Of a stretch of 64,000 nucleotides of DNA, positions 28,001-41,700 are shown piece after piece. Each line of letters opens with the position of its first letter. Within the stretch, counting starts at the first letter, position 1. The stretch is from assembly GCA_002633005.1 (NCBI GenBank), contig NMRA01000715.1, positions 28,971 to 92,970 on the forward strand. Direction: 5' to 3'. The DNA comes from Phoronis australis. Taxonomy: Eukaryota; Animalia; Phoronida. A program made the position numbers and the translations under genes. Under the pieces are notes generated by a model. The model was not told the DNA's origin. It ran no database searches and saw nothing but the letters and a program-made list of their open reading frames with translations.

Positions 28001-28358
28001 GTAAAGGATTGACAGAAGAATTCATGAATTGTCATGCGGTTAATTCACTTCCTTCGGAACTTTGATGCATATTCTCATGCATATATTCAGCTTATTGATA
28101 GGTCTAGCACACGCTTTCATAAGCCGCTGAAGACCTTTTCATCCAATGTAAATTCTTGATCTGCAATGTGACTGTCCCAAGCTCATAAAAACATCTTTCT
28201 GCCCTCGTTAACAACGCATGTTTGTGGGGTTAAAGATGGCTGGCGTGTTATTTGTATATTCCAGCTCCGTGATTGGCTGGATTCATAGCTTGATTAACAT
28301 CAGAACAATCCAATCGCTGCTACTCGTTGTCTATTTTTTCTGCCTATGTACTCGTTAA
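25035..28358. repeat. About 1.65-kb tandem duplication across N26665 (probable haplotype duplicate)
   Basis: 25035..26664 matches 26666..28358 with SNPs and indels; both begin in GGCCCACTACTCCGAA tandem units. Confidence 0.9.
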
Positions 28359-29394
28359 GTTTCTTGTCGGGAATGTGAGAGTGCGTTTGGTAAATGATAT
28401 ATCACGTCTCATGTCAAACGGCGCTGTCTTCTAATACGGACAGAGGCAGCTCCTCGTCTCACAAAGATGTGATTTTGAACGCGTGAAAAGTTTTGTAGAA
28501 TAATGGCGCCACAAGTACCGTCTAGGCATTGAGATCGTACCACCAGGCCATGTCCAGCATGACAGTGTGGCAATGGTGTGTCGCACTTTTACAAAACTGC
28601 ACTGCACAAACAGTTATTTCACAATGTAATAAATTGCGAAGAAATACATTGTTTGCAATTCCATACGTATCTTCATTGTGAGTAAAACAACAGTTTTCGC
28701 AGTTCCTCGGTTCCTCGAGGAAGCAAAACATTATTTACAGTAAAATTATAAAGATGGTTTATATTTTATTGACACCTGTGACGTAAGCCGGAGCAAGAAA
28801 ATACATCTCATTATCCCTTTGATGGTCATGAATTAGCCAGTCGTAAAGACTGCTGCCTCCTGTTCAGCATGACGCAGTGTGCGCTCCCGCCAAAACTGTA
28901 CTATTACATGTACAAACTTACAAAGCTTGCGCTCCTGTCTCATCGACCTCGTTCTACGAAGGTGTGAGACCGTCTGCCTAGAAGGCTGAGAGGGGCGGAA
29001 ACATGCTCCGTAGGACAACATCCATGAGATTCGCGCGGTACAAGATTTTGTACCGCGGGTTCAACAATGGATAAACATCAGGGGTGATTTTGAGACTTCC
29101 ATTGAAGCAATGCAAAATGTGACGGAGCAGGGAGTCCAGGGACACCGGCGGAAGTTCCTTCTAAATATATACAGTGTATCCGCATATGCTTGAACTGCAC
29201 AACGCTTAGTTGGTTACTAGATTCCGTTAGCGTTTGCCTGGTGGCACTGAGAAATACCCTGGTGTGGCAGAGCCCCGAAGTTAGAAAGATCACCTTTCAT
29301 CTGCTGGCTGCATTTCAGATATCTCAACAACAATAACTAAGTAAATAAATAAATTATGTATGCGATAACAACTACATGTATCCTATAAGTGCAT

Positions 29395-29709
29395 TCAAAC
29401 ACTCCACGTCGTTGTTTTGGGTTGCCCAGAAGGCGTGGCAGGAGAAACACTAGTAGATATGTGGCTGTGATCGACGATCGTTTCATTGAACATCACTTTA
29501 CAGAAGTCCATGTCGCCACTCTGCGAGCACGTGTTTCCCTGACTAAGGTTCACAAAGGCCATAATGAGTCCGACAACAAATGTAGTTATCCCAAACAAGC
29601 ACACTAGAATGGCAGGGACATTCTTGACAGATAATATTCGCTCGTTCTGCAGCTTTAAATAACACAGCGGAGGAATAATGAAGGCGAGTGGTGCTGCGGC
29701 CATGACACC
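29395..29709 (-). CDS. SLC38A11: SLC38A11 last coding exon (TM10-11, C-tail)
   Basis: GVMAAAPLAFIIPPLCYLKLQ...CSQSGDMDFC...TTTWSV-TGA. Confidence 0.92.
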   Translation of the reverse strand, partial: GVMAAAPLAFIIPPLCYLKLQNERILSVKNVPAILVCLFGITTFVVGLIMAFVNLSQGNTCSQSGDMDFCKVMFNETIVDHSHISTSVSPATPSGQPKTTTWSV

Positions 29710-32700
29710 CTAAAAATACAATCGGCATTTTAAGTACATAGTAACAATCTCCAAAAGCAACATTTAATGTTTGGTGAACTTGTAACTTATGTTAAACTGT
29801 TTGATTTCTACATTTGCGAGCATGCACTAACACGTTTCGCACATCAATTGTAACAAGATCGTCCCGGCGTGATTGCCATTGCACAACGGCAGAACCCTCA
29901 TATGTTCCGGAAGTAAAAAGCTTGTTGATTTCATTGGCCTCGTTTTGGAACGTTACGTTGAAAACCTATGTGGTGTATGGCTTGAAATTATCCCAATCCC
30001 AATTTCAACCGTTTAAAAGTACCGAAATTGAAAAGGTTTAGTTAAGAAAAGGGATTCTGTTCTGGTCACAATTAACCCGAAGGACTTGTTACGTCAGCTC
30101 CCTCCGCGTTTTCCTGTCTTTTGTTGATAGCGGGAAGGCGAAGAACTAACCACGTATTTATGGATATTTGTCAAGTTTAATAAATATCCAACTTTCTCTT
30201 GTTGAAGTTGCAGCCCACATCTCAGAAGCAATAGTTAGTAGGCATTCGAGGGCGAATGAAGTAATGAAGCGTGGAAAACAGGTAAAAAATTCGACAATAA
30301 AAGGAGTATGTGGTACTTCAATGGCATGAAAAAGACACTACGAAAATGCTTGACAGATTTTGAGACACTGTGGGTGCATACATGTACACTGTACAACAAG
30401 AATCGAGTGTTCTTTTGTAATCCGGTCCCATGGAGCTATTGCAAAGGAATTTCTTATAGAGACAACGATAAATAGCACACGAATGTACGAAAATTCTTAA
30501 GCTGACCTATTTTTTAAAAGAACGTTTTTGGACATTATCGTTTTTACGGCCCACAAAAACAATCTTTCACGATTTGCTGAACCCGTTTCCTGAAATTAAC
30601 GCAGACTGGGCCTACATGTACGTTTGATATGAACTGTTGAAAATGTTTTTATGTTAAATTCTGTAAAATTGCTCTTGGAGTTGGAAACTCTTGCTCAAAC
30701 GCAGCTGTATTGGGTGAATGTGGAATTTATCCGCTCTATGCAAAGTATTATGTCACGTGTGTAAAATATTGGCTAAAGTTATTGAAAATGCCACCTACTA
30801 GATACGCTAAAGCGGCTTATGACATGTTAATTGATTTAGATAGGAATGGAAGAAATACTTGGGTATCTTCTGTTAGACAATTGCTATCAAAATACGGTTT
30901 TTATCAAATTTGGTTGAATCAAGGTGTCACGTGCGAAGTCTCGTTTTTAAGTTTCTTCGCGCAAAGAGTTAATGACTGTTATGAGCAAGGTTGGCGATCA
31001 GAAATTGANGAGATTAACGCAGACTGGGCATACATGTACGTTTGATATGAACTGCCAGCATGCCATAGCTTTGTGTATTTATGTAATTATAGTGTATCGG
31101 TGACGATCAGAAGACTAGACGCCTGTGAGTTTAACCAAAAGATGTCGCTCAAATGATTCCTTGAGCTCCTTCGACACTTATACTATAACTTAATATGTAA
31201 TGAAACTAAAAAACAAACAAAACTCACGTTGAGCTCCAACACGATTCCTAAACAGCTCGTAGTCATAGAGATAGCAGCATTTATGACCACAATAATAACG
31301 GTTTCAAGGATGTGTCTCCAGAGTGTCTGTGGTTGTCGGTTCGCAAACACTGAGTTCTCCAGCACCTACAGAAATAATAGAACATCAAATCTAACAAAAT
31401 AGGGAATTTGATAAAAAAAAGATCCGATGTTGCATTCATCAACAAAGGAAGTAATGCAAAATAAGAAAGGCACATGTCTGACACGAGAGGCAAATGCTGT
31501 CTGTGCCTTTGCTCTGGAATGGCGCAACCGTTAGCATTGGGCCACAGAGCACTTCCAAAACAGCCCAACTGATGGCAAACCAACAAAAGTGAGATGAAGA
31601 AGCATGTCTGGTGGTTTTTGGAGTGAAAACAGACAATTTTGAGTGCAAAAAGAGTGTAGGTGACCTTTCATGCGGTACAACAAGCGTGTTTAGGCCGCAA
31701 TGCGGGACCATTACACAAATCACCTAGGTGCAAGGTTTGTGAAGCCCGTTGGCCCAGTATACATTTCATAGTTGCAGATTTTATACTCCCCGTAAGAGGA
31801 AAGGGGCGGCTGCGTTGAAGTTATTTTCGAAACCAAAACCAACAAAAACTGCCGAATGCCACCTTTATCTGAAAGCCAGTAACCCAGCGTGTATCTTTTG
31901 GTATAAGCTGGGTTACCACTCTTGTAATGAAACATTCTTTTATAATTGTGTACACATACATATGTATATTCAATCCCCAGTTTGGACAAGAAGCCTTCTA
32001 TTACATGTAAGTCTGTCTGGATTGCTCTAATCGACCAGTGATCTGCTTAATTCAGGGGACTAGAGGGTATGCGCGGTTAGCACAAAGTCCCCGGTTCGAA
32101 CCTCGGTCAGGACAGCGATCTTTTCAGACTTAACAATAGGTCACCATGACCAGTTGCAACATGTGGTGTTGAGGACTTGTAATTCTTACTTACCAAAACA
32201 TTCTGCTGGATAAATTAAAAGATTACCTCTCGTGTAACGAAGCACTCTATTGGATAAGTTAGGGCGATAGTGAGGGCGAAGGCAGCGGAGGCAACATTGA
32301 CTAGAGTGTCTTGACTGCAGTAATTTTCCAGAATATCGCCTGAAATGAAATTATTTTCAGTGCTTGCCCGACAATTTCAAATACAATTCTCATTTCCAGG
32401 ATTAATTTTATTTATGACGACTAAGTATTAAAATTCTATTATGCATCGGTTGACGACATGATGTTCCATCAATGAAAGTTGTGAATTAGCTGTGACATCA
32501 AGTATTTTGAGTGCTTCCTTGCATAGGCGGCGCAGCAATGAAATAATTGGGGGCTATAGCCCCCTAGCCTCCCATGGTGCGTCGCCCATGTCAGATGTAC
32601 ACTCGGTATAATACCAGCTAAACAGTGAGTATCACGAAGTGAGCAGTCGAGTTACAAAAATCCGTCCAGGTTTTTTTTTCAATTAAAACGATCAAATGCG

Positions 32701-35700
32701 AAACCAGTTCTCTCAAACCAATCCTAAATGATACATAAATGATGTTTTAACGCATGCTTTATTTTTGTTTAACCTTTCACTCCAGGAGGTCATCAAACAA
32801 AATGACAGCCGCAGATGTAAAAATACTGAAGTTTGTAATCTATATAAACTGAACAGTCGCAGGTGAATAAAGACACGTAAATACCTGCAGAATTATAGTG
32901 AAATTTTCACATTTTAGATACACATTTTGATTAATGGGACTTATCCCAGAGCCACGTGACACTAAAAGGCCTCTGATCAGTGTTTGCAAGCACAGAAACG
33001 ATGAAACTTGCGAAAAAATAGGCTATAATGTTCAAAGTACCTTGCGTATATCCGGTGAAGGTTGCGTATCCAGTGATACCGAACATAAGCATACATATCA
33101 TAGAGATGAGAACACTGAGGTGAGTGACGAGATTCCAGCGAGACTGGCTCGGGTTCTCCATAGACTCGTATATAAGAAATGAATTGTGATGGCACATATA
33201 GGCTACAAAATAACAGATACAATGTGTTTAAAGGAGATGACACCACTATCATGAAAGTTAAATATATAATATTCAGAGAGATACGAAATTCATGTCAATA
33301 GAAGTTTTAAAAACACGTGGGTACTGCATAGTTATAACACATAACCGCATAATTTCGTTAAAATCTGGAAAGATGTATAGTGACAATATTTAGTTCCTTG
33401 CATCCCAGTCAGAGGCGGAATAACGTTATGCGTTAAATAGAGAGATCTTCTATACGCAGATAGGAATCTGTGATGTCACTAATGTGACAAAAAATGGGAG
33501 TTTTGTGCGCGTTGAGATTGCACCGCCCCCTATAGTATCTTACGTATTTCCGGAAGTGGCGGATAAAAAACCGGAGGGAAGAACAGGGTATCTTTGTGTC
33601 GCAATCAACTGTAGGAGAAATGGGAAGAATAGGAATAGATCCATTTCAAAAACTCCAAATACCAAAGAGATTGGTAGGGCAAATTTACCAGATCTAAACA
33701 GCACATCATGGAAGAAATCATCCAGAAAGCCAACTGCGTGGTAAGCAGAGTAGGTTAATTTTCAAGGCTCTATTAAAAAATTGGCGAAATGAAAACTTTG
33801 ATTGATTATTATTTCAGAAGACAGAAGCACTGTTTAGAAAATTGAAAAGAATTATAAATGTTCAAGATTTTGTCCTGAACTCTATAACGTTTACCAGAAA
33901 TGATTGTCACTCACTTTCACAAATATGTTCACACATTTCAAAATCTATATCATTTCTAGTGCTTCGGAAAACGTGACGTCACTGCCAGCAGTGAGCATAT
34001 AACTTGGACTTGCTTTGATGTTTCATCCAAAAATAATAAAAAGTTGGAAATTAGAGCCCTGATGCCATTAAACAAAATATAGGAAATCCAACTGTTGAGA
34101 GTACAAAATTAACTTTTTAAAACTCGTCGTTTTGTTTAACTCCCTATGGAGCCTCAGCAACTCCAGTGGAATACGTCCACAAGTTACGCCAGTAGTCGAG
34201 TGCAGGCTTGGATTCCTCGGTATCTAACCACGTATAGAAAATCTCTAGTTTAATCCATTTCATAACGATTAAAGCGCGCGAAAAGTAAAATGCTCTGCAG
34301 GAATTAGTAACAACGTTTGGTAACATCTTGAATTATCAGGGACAGGGTGGCACCGGTCAAAGGCACTGGATCTAGCAGAGAAATAAAGTAAAGAATTGAT
34401 ACTGGGTACAAAATGACATAATTTAGGAATATACGACTGAAACTTATATACCAGTTAAGACTATCATTAGGAAAGCTGCCAAGTGGATTAAAGTGACAAA
34501 GTCTTCCCTTTAGATCCGTCACAGCGTGCAATCTAAACAAACTCTAGCGTTGCAGCCAAACGCTGTGCTGGTTGAGCTAAATCCTAGTCAGCATATTACT
34601 GGGTATTTTCAGCGTATTTAACTGATGAAGTCACTGGCTTTGATTTCAGCAAATGTCAGACCGACAACAGCGAGAATTGGCAGCCTATTATAAAATCACA
34701 AATCACAAGATTTTAATGATTTATAGCTCCGATCAAGGCTAATAACACCTATAAGCAACAGTTATCCCCAACTTGCGGTTTTCGGCTTCTGCAGAAAAGC
34801 TGATAAAAGTCCGTTTAACTCCAGACAACAGGGCTTCCTTGCGTCAGCTAGAGCGCGATGAACGAACATATTGAAGGTAAATCATCTTGCCATTTTTAAC
34901 GAACTTTGATTGAAGGAAGACTTGACTGTACTTCGGGAGCAAGTTTTCTGTTATACAGAATTTGTTGAATACACGACACTTTTCATTTTTCACGGTCTTT
35001 ATTCCGTTGCGTTCATACTTTCTGAACAAAACTCTACTCTCTACTGAACATAGATACAGTAACTGACCTAGCGACATAATTAAAAAGACACACGATATTT
35101 CGAAACATACTTGTTTCATTCTCAAGTGAAGATAAAATGACGCAGTAATGCCACCACAGAGTATAAGCTGACGACACACACAGTGAGACACGGCGGGTGT
35201 GAAATACTGCAAAGAATGACTAAAGAATTAGGGTAACAGGAAAGTCACGCAAACAAGTGTAACGTGCGGCGCGACCCTGTTTGCTGCTCATTCAAAATAG
35301 GCTTCTCAAAAGCAATTAAAAGGGACTCTAATACTTTCAAACGCAGCACATCTTGCTCCACGTAGCGAATTGACGTGTTTTCCACAATTTCTTGACNCAA
35401 TTGAGAGATTTATATGAACAACACAGACGACAGTAATACAGCGTGTCAATCAATCACTACATCAGGTGCAATAAAGTACGCGATACACAATTTTCAGTAC
35501 TATGGAAACAGAACCGTTTTGAGAGTGGCTTGCGTGCAAAACAACGTTTCGTTTAAATCACATGTAACAAATAAGTTTGAGCAATTGGTTACATATGACG
35601 TTTCATTATTTTTTATGAATAACATGAATAACGATTTATGCACAACTATTATTACCTGGGCGTAAAAAAGCGGTCGATATATTCAAAACGTAAAATAATA

Positions 35701-38700
35701 TCAATTCCAAAGTAACTTAACTTCCAATGTGACGTGGAACAAGGATAAGAACGTCAGGCAAAAATTTACACGTAGACAAAAAACGTCATGCAGGTTAATC
35801 GAATATTTTCGAAAGCGTTTGACAAAATTGCGGTATCACGCGCTCGGTATTCGAATAACGTTCTGCAAACTTTTCCTTCGCAGCAGCAGGAATACATGTG
35901 TTCGCGGTTTCGAGACGGCGGGCATGCGAAGCACACGCGCACTCGCCTGGAAGAGAACTAGTTGTCTCGAGCACCCAGCCTCTATTAGCATTACTGTGGT
36001 GAACATATTATTTTAAATTTGTCTCTGATTGGTCCATCAAAGATGATGTGAACCTGTGCACGCGTAGTTAATTAGCCTGAACATACAAGTGTGTCTTTAG
36101 ATTACGATATGGAGACTCGACAATAAAACTCGCGAGTAAATAGCAAAAGATAGCGCTTGAGAACTTGAATATCGCGGCGTTCAACGCTTGTGAAAATAAA
36201 TGTTCACTTCAATCATGAAGTTAACTTTCATTGCTCGCATGTAGTCTTCGCAGATGCTTGCAAAGTCGGTAAGTTATGGCCAGCGCCTTTCGTGTTATCA
36301 AGTCTTTATGTGCAACAAGTTCCGCAAAGACTTGATTTTTCTTTTTATATGGATCCTGCGGGAACTTTGTGGAAACGAGGCAGTGATCTGGAAAATTATC
36401 GGATTATTACCGACATTCAAGTGTACTCCAGAACTGAGTATAAGTAGTTGAGAGAAAGAAAAATGACTGTGTGTCCTAAATATTTTAGGGAAGGCGCATG
36501 AATTTGTTTAATCCTGATAATTAAATATTGAAGATACGAACTTTTTGCAGTTTTTGGTTTTCACGCATTCGCTTCAGAATCAAACTCTTCACAGTTATTG
36601 AAGAACTCACACCAAATTTAATAATTATGCTGCCATAAATAAGCATATTCGGTCTTTTTGCCTACGACGTCACATGCTAATGAATCTATCCTGCTCTTCG
36701 ATAAAAATTGTGGAATAGATAGATCGAACTCTTCGTTGGAGTAGCCCTACCAGGAAATGTCCATTCTAAAATAAGAGAATTGGCAAATCAAATAGCCCAA
36801 ACATTGCAGTAGTTTTAACCTCTCGTGTAAAATATAATACGTATTCCTCGCATAATGCTTACACATATTTTTCAGCTATAGTTGTAGCGCGTATTACAAT
36901 GACTGCCAAAACGAAGATAAGCAGGATGAACGACACAAATCCCCACTGCAAAGAAACATGCAAGCAAAGTTTACAAACAGATAATGTATAACAACAGCTT
37001 CCCACATGCAATAACAACAGTTCAACATCAAACAACCAGTGCGTGTAAATCATAAAAACACATTAAACTAAATATATGCATAAATTTAAAGCCTTTCTCG
37101 AACGGATTTTGTTTTTCCAAATGTATTGTACTATCCAGATAGTCCTAGAAATACTTTGGCATCTAGAGCAAAATGCGATTTGAACACGCGAACGCAGGTA
37201 CGTCAAATGATACGCGAAATAGACATTTCACGCCTCTTTGCTTCACAACCATGAAACAGCAAACTAAAAACGGTGGACGGCAGAGGTTCTAATCATTCGT
37301 TGGTACTCGCGGTAGACTGAGGGACTTGCCGCTAGGAGCGTGGGTCGTTCAGGTTGCCATCTTCCCAAGTATTTGCTACGGACTATGGTTGATTGTCGTT
37401 AGCTCTACCAGTAACATAAATATTTTGTAGAAGATGACCTATAAGCCGTAGAAAATGATTATTTCTTAAATTGAAATTGAAATTGAAAAAACTCATTGCA
37501 TTGTCTTTTAACGTCTTGAAAATTCCTAATTATAAAATACACAAAACGGATAGGCCTACTTTGTAGATTTCTTCAGTAAAGCGTCCAATATGCCCGTTTG
37601 TTGTGAATCTGACGGTGACCTCTCGCTATTCTGAGGACATGCCCGATAAACACTCATGTACTGCACTGCCTTCGAAGTCCCCAGTGTTATTGTTTGTGAC
37701 AAACAAATCCAACCCATAACAAATATACTGGAAGATGGCAACCGGAATGACACACGCTACTAACGATCCTAGCTGCTAAATAAATGTGTAAATCCCCTTT
37801 ACGAATCATAAACGGGTACCAGAATATACTGAATGGAAAAATAACGAGAGTGGGTGTTGTTCGTGGCTACTTGAATCAATGAAGTATTCACCTAATAACG
37901 TGGACTAAAGTCTGGCAATACGCATATTAAACCGTTCATTACAGTCGGCATGTCTTCAGTTTAGTGCGATCCAGTGGTGCTTTTTAAAACGTATTCTAGG
38001 AACTTAACTTGCACGTGTTACCGATCAAGGAAGGCTTTAAAACTATCAAGTGGTTATCAGATGCATGTGATTACTCCAGATAGGCCATGAAACCGACAGC
38101 ATCGCGAAGGCGTTTTGGTGTCACGATTCAACCAAATGGTTCGTTCCGAATTGCCGCACCGACATTCTGTAGACCTAGACCTTATCCAACTAAGTATTCC
38201 CATGATGCAGCAAGGTCTGGCAGGTTGCAGCTACATCATACTGGCTAGTCTTCTTATTTGCAAAACCACCGTTCTAGCGCCTGGCGCACCTCAAAAACGG
38301 TCACCGTGACTTATACAATTCGTTTTCTACGTCTGCTAAACAGGAAATGTCAGTTTGGGATTGTACGTTGATCTGATAACCATTGAACGATTCAAACCAA
38401 CCGAAGCCGCAAACTATAGTGCAGTTCTTTAGGGGAAGATTACGAAGCAAATATAACAGAATATAATCTGGACGCCACCGGAACCTATTGGCTAAAGCCC
38501 TGCTCCAACTATCGGTTATAGCCCTACTCCAATTATCTGCTAATTACAGGGTTTCTAACTACGGAAAGCCAAAGCGGAATTATCCAAATACTTACATGTA
38601 CATTACGTAATGCAGAAAGTATAAAATCTAACACAAAATATCTCAATTCACGCCGATAAAATATATTCACTACATCATTTCCCTTTCACACACAAATTAC

Positions 38701-41700
38701 TTCATATACAAAAGCAACAAAACCAGTTACACTGAGAAATTGTGGTGCAGAAAAAAGTATCTACCTCTAAAATTAAAACATCCACAGAAATGTGGCCACA
38801 ACAGAACAAAAAACACAATGCAAAAAGAAATTTAACATGCCAGGAAAATGTGACCACTCGGCAGCATGTGAGAAAATGGTTCCGAAGAAAAATGTATAGG
38901 GAGATTTTCATGCAATATAAGTAAAACTAGATAATAATATGACAAATTGACAGCAAAACAAAACATCTGTGAGTAAACAATAACACGAAGGCGCATGCTA
39001 CTTAGTGGACGTAACTGAGTCCCTGTTTGCAACCGAGAACTGGTGTCTACAACAGATTGTCAATCACATTTCAACTGAATGTGATTAGAAAATTGTATTG
39101 ACTGACAAAACGGTCTCTCAACCCTAAGCCCTTGCTTAACTGGTACCAGCGTCATAAATTTGAGGGATCACGTGCTCCTCGATGATCACGTGCTCAAGAT
39201 GGTTGAAGGAGCAAGATCTTGTCCTGGCATGGCACGTAACATTTCTGATCAGTTGTTAACGCTTAAGTATAAAAAGTTCTGGTGCTGGTTTTGGTCTAAT
39301 ATGAAAGAAACATGCTGGTTTGGGGTCGTTACTTTTGGTCATGTAACAGTGAAAATAACAAATCTTGCTTAGAAAAAGTGTTTGTTTTGGATTTTTTTCG
39401 ATTTGTCTTTCCGTATATAGTGGCCCTTGTCTTGATGAGATTGGATAACTTGAGTATTGTTCACCCCGAGGTTTAGGAAAATCTCTATTTGAAAAATCTC
39501 GCTGTCAAACGACAAAAAGGGTGTGATGGTTTGAGTAATAATCGACTGGCCGCATGCTTTCAGTTATAACAAAACAGTTGATAAAAGTGGATATTGAAGT
39601 GTGCGCCCTCGTGTGGCCAGAGTGAAGAAATAGCGGGTAGTAGAAACAGTCGACAGACAACTTTGAACGACCAGCGTGCAAGGCCAATACTCACACGTAA
39701 TTGTTGTGCTTAATTTCATAGGCTCGTGCGATCATCACACCCAATATAAACAGAGTGAAGATCAAGGAGATCATGGAGATCTGCGGTGAGAAAAGTTCTC
39801 ATTGAAGCACATACTTTAGACGGGTCAGAATGTGGACACCTAGTAGTGTGCTGTAGAAGGCATTCTATTGCTATCAAACCTTGATAATAAATTTGCCAAA
39901 ATAGTCCTACTTTCACGATTTAAACTGGTTGCTAGCATACCCTTTGTTTAGTTTGTGGCAAATACATGTATACCTGTTAAAATAATCGAACTCATGATGC
40001 AAATGTGTGTAAAGCCTTAGGCCTACATAGGCACTCTCACCTTGCTCAATTTAGCGATGTTTCTGTATAGAGACAACGGCAATGTTATCAGCAGTGTGCA
40101 GACGCCCACGATGAATTGACGGTTACCAACCACAGTGTCACGTAAATAGTCTACAGAAGAATATAAAGGGGTTATCAATAGGTATAATCAAGACAACTCT
40201 GCACACTTTGGATCTTACTTGTTAGCCAAATTGCGTAGAATGGCAATACGAACTAAGAGGTAAATCAGCAAATATTAGGCTTACTCGTGCTAATGAAGAA
40301 CGTGAAATGATCCCACACAAATAGAAACATCCGCGACTTTTGGTCAAGACGGCGGGCTCCCCTTACAAAAATGAACTTAAGTTTTCATCGAAAAACTTAA
40401 GTTTTTGGTCTGAAAAACTTAAGTTTTCATTCCCGAAAACTTAAGTTTTTGGCGAAAACTTAAGTATTTTGGAACAAGTTTTTTGGAACGAACTTAAGTT
40501 TTCATAACTTAAGTTTTCAAAAACTTAAGTTTTTCAAAAACTTAAGTTCTGAAAACTTAAGTTTTTCAAAAACTTAAGTTCTGAAAACTTAAGTTTTTCA
40601 AAAACTTAAGTTTTCTGAAAACTTAAGNTACTTTAGACGGGTCAGAATGTGGACACCTAGTGTGCTGTAGAAGGCATTCTATTGCTATCAAACCTTGATA
40701 ATAAATTTGCCAAAATAGTCCTACTTTCACGATTTAAACTGGTTGCTAGCATACCCTTTGTTTAGTTTGTGGCAAATACATGTATACCTGTTAAAATAAT
40801 CGAACTCTTGATGCAAATGTGTGTAAAGCCTTAGACCTACATAGGCACTCTCACCTTGCTCAGTTTAGCGATGTTTCTGTATAGAGACAACGGCAATGTT
40901 ATCAGCAGTGTGCAGACGCCCACGATGAATTGACGGTTACCAACCACAGTGTCACGTAAATAGTCTACAGAAGAATATAAAGGGGTTATCAATAGGTATA
41001 ATCAACAAGACAACTCTGCACACTTTTGGTCTTACTTGTTAGCCAAATTGCGTAGAATGGCAATACGAACTAAGAGGTAAATCAGCAAATATTAGGCTTA
41101 CTCGTGCTAATGAAGAACGTGAAATGATCCCACACAAATAGAAACATCCGCGACTTTTGGTCAAGACGGCGGGCTCACCTCATCATTTTCGGTTTGTTAG
41201 TTTTACAAGAGCAACGCAGGACGTTTAGCGCCGGGTAAGTGGTTCAAGTCAACACTTCGCATGATGGACGGAACTTTACGGGCATCTATAGCCCCTTGAA
41301 CCTTGGTTGAATGGGAAATGACTCATGGAGGTACCGCGCAAGAGATATGCTACTCAGTAAAAATGATGCGTTTATTCTTTCCCCGTGATCGGTCATCTGA
41401 CAAAAGATTTTTAAACTCGGTCTGTCGGTAACAGTGTACAGCCGGTCGTCGTACTTTGCATCATTTTACAGTCAAATTACATACCTCCGCCAATTCGATA
41501 GACTATCTTTGTAATCGTGTCTCCAAAAATGACATTGTAGCTGATCATTGCTGCAAACAAAACAGAAAATGAACAGCATAAACATCAGAAATAAGTAATT
41601 TAGACCATAGGTGGACTGAAGGTACATGTAACTCCTACAATATCATACAAGACCAAAAACGCCATCGGCATGCCGTTTTTAGCCGATATTTTTCTCTGAA

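Larger units (their letters stand above)
39812..41176. repeat. About 550-bp duplication across N40628 containing the SLC38A11 TM4 exon
   Basis: 39812..40359 matches 40629..41176. Confidence 0.9.

Noticed and set aside
29395-29560. Functional link between the Ser/Thr/Pro-rich transporter C-tail and the neighbouring GalNAc-transferase
   Set aside because: Gene adjacency in animal genomes is not evidence of an enzyme-substrate relationship
34600-35212. AG/GT-bounded segments (near 35111..35207 and 34620..34684) as the missing SLC38A11 exon
   Set aside because: Stops in the required frame and no resemblance to the expected TM6a sequence
40372-40627. CRISPR-like array (also 2208..2374)
   Set aside because: Eukaryotic context, no unique spacers of constant length, no cas genes
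40041-40964. Mutually exclusive exon pair in SLC38A11
   Set aside because: The peptides are identical, flanking introns are near-identical, and a single-N join separates the copies; allelic duplication is more parsimonious
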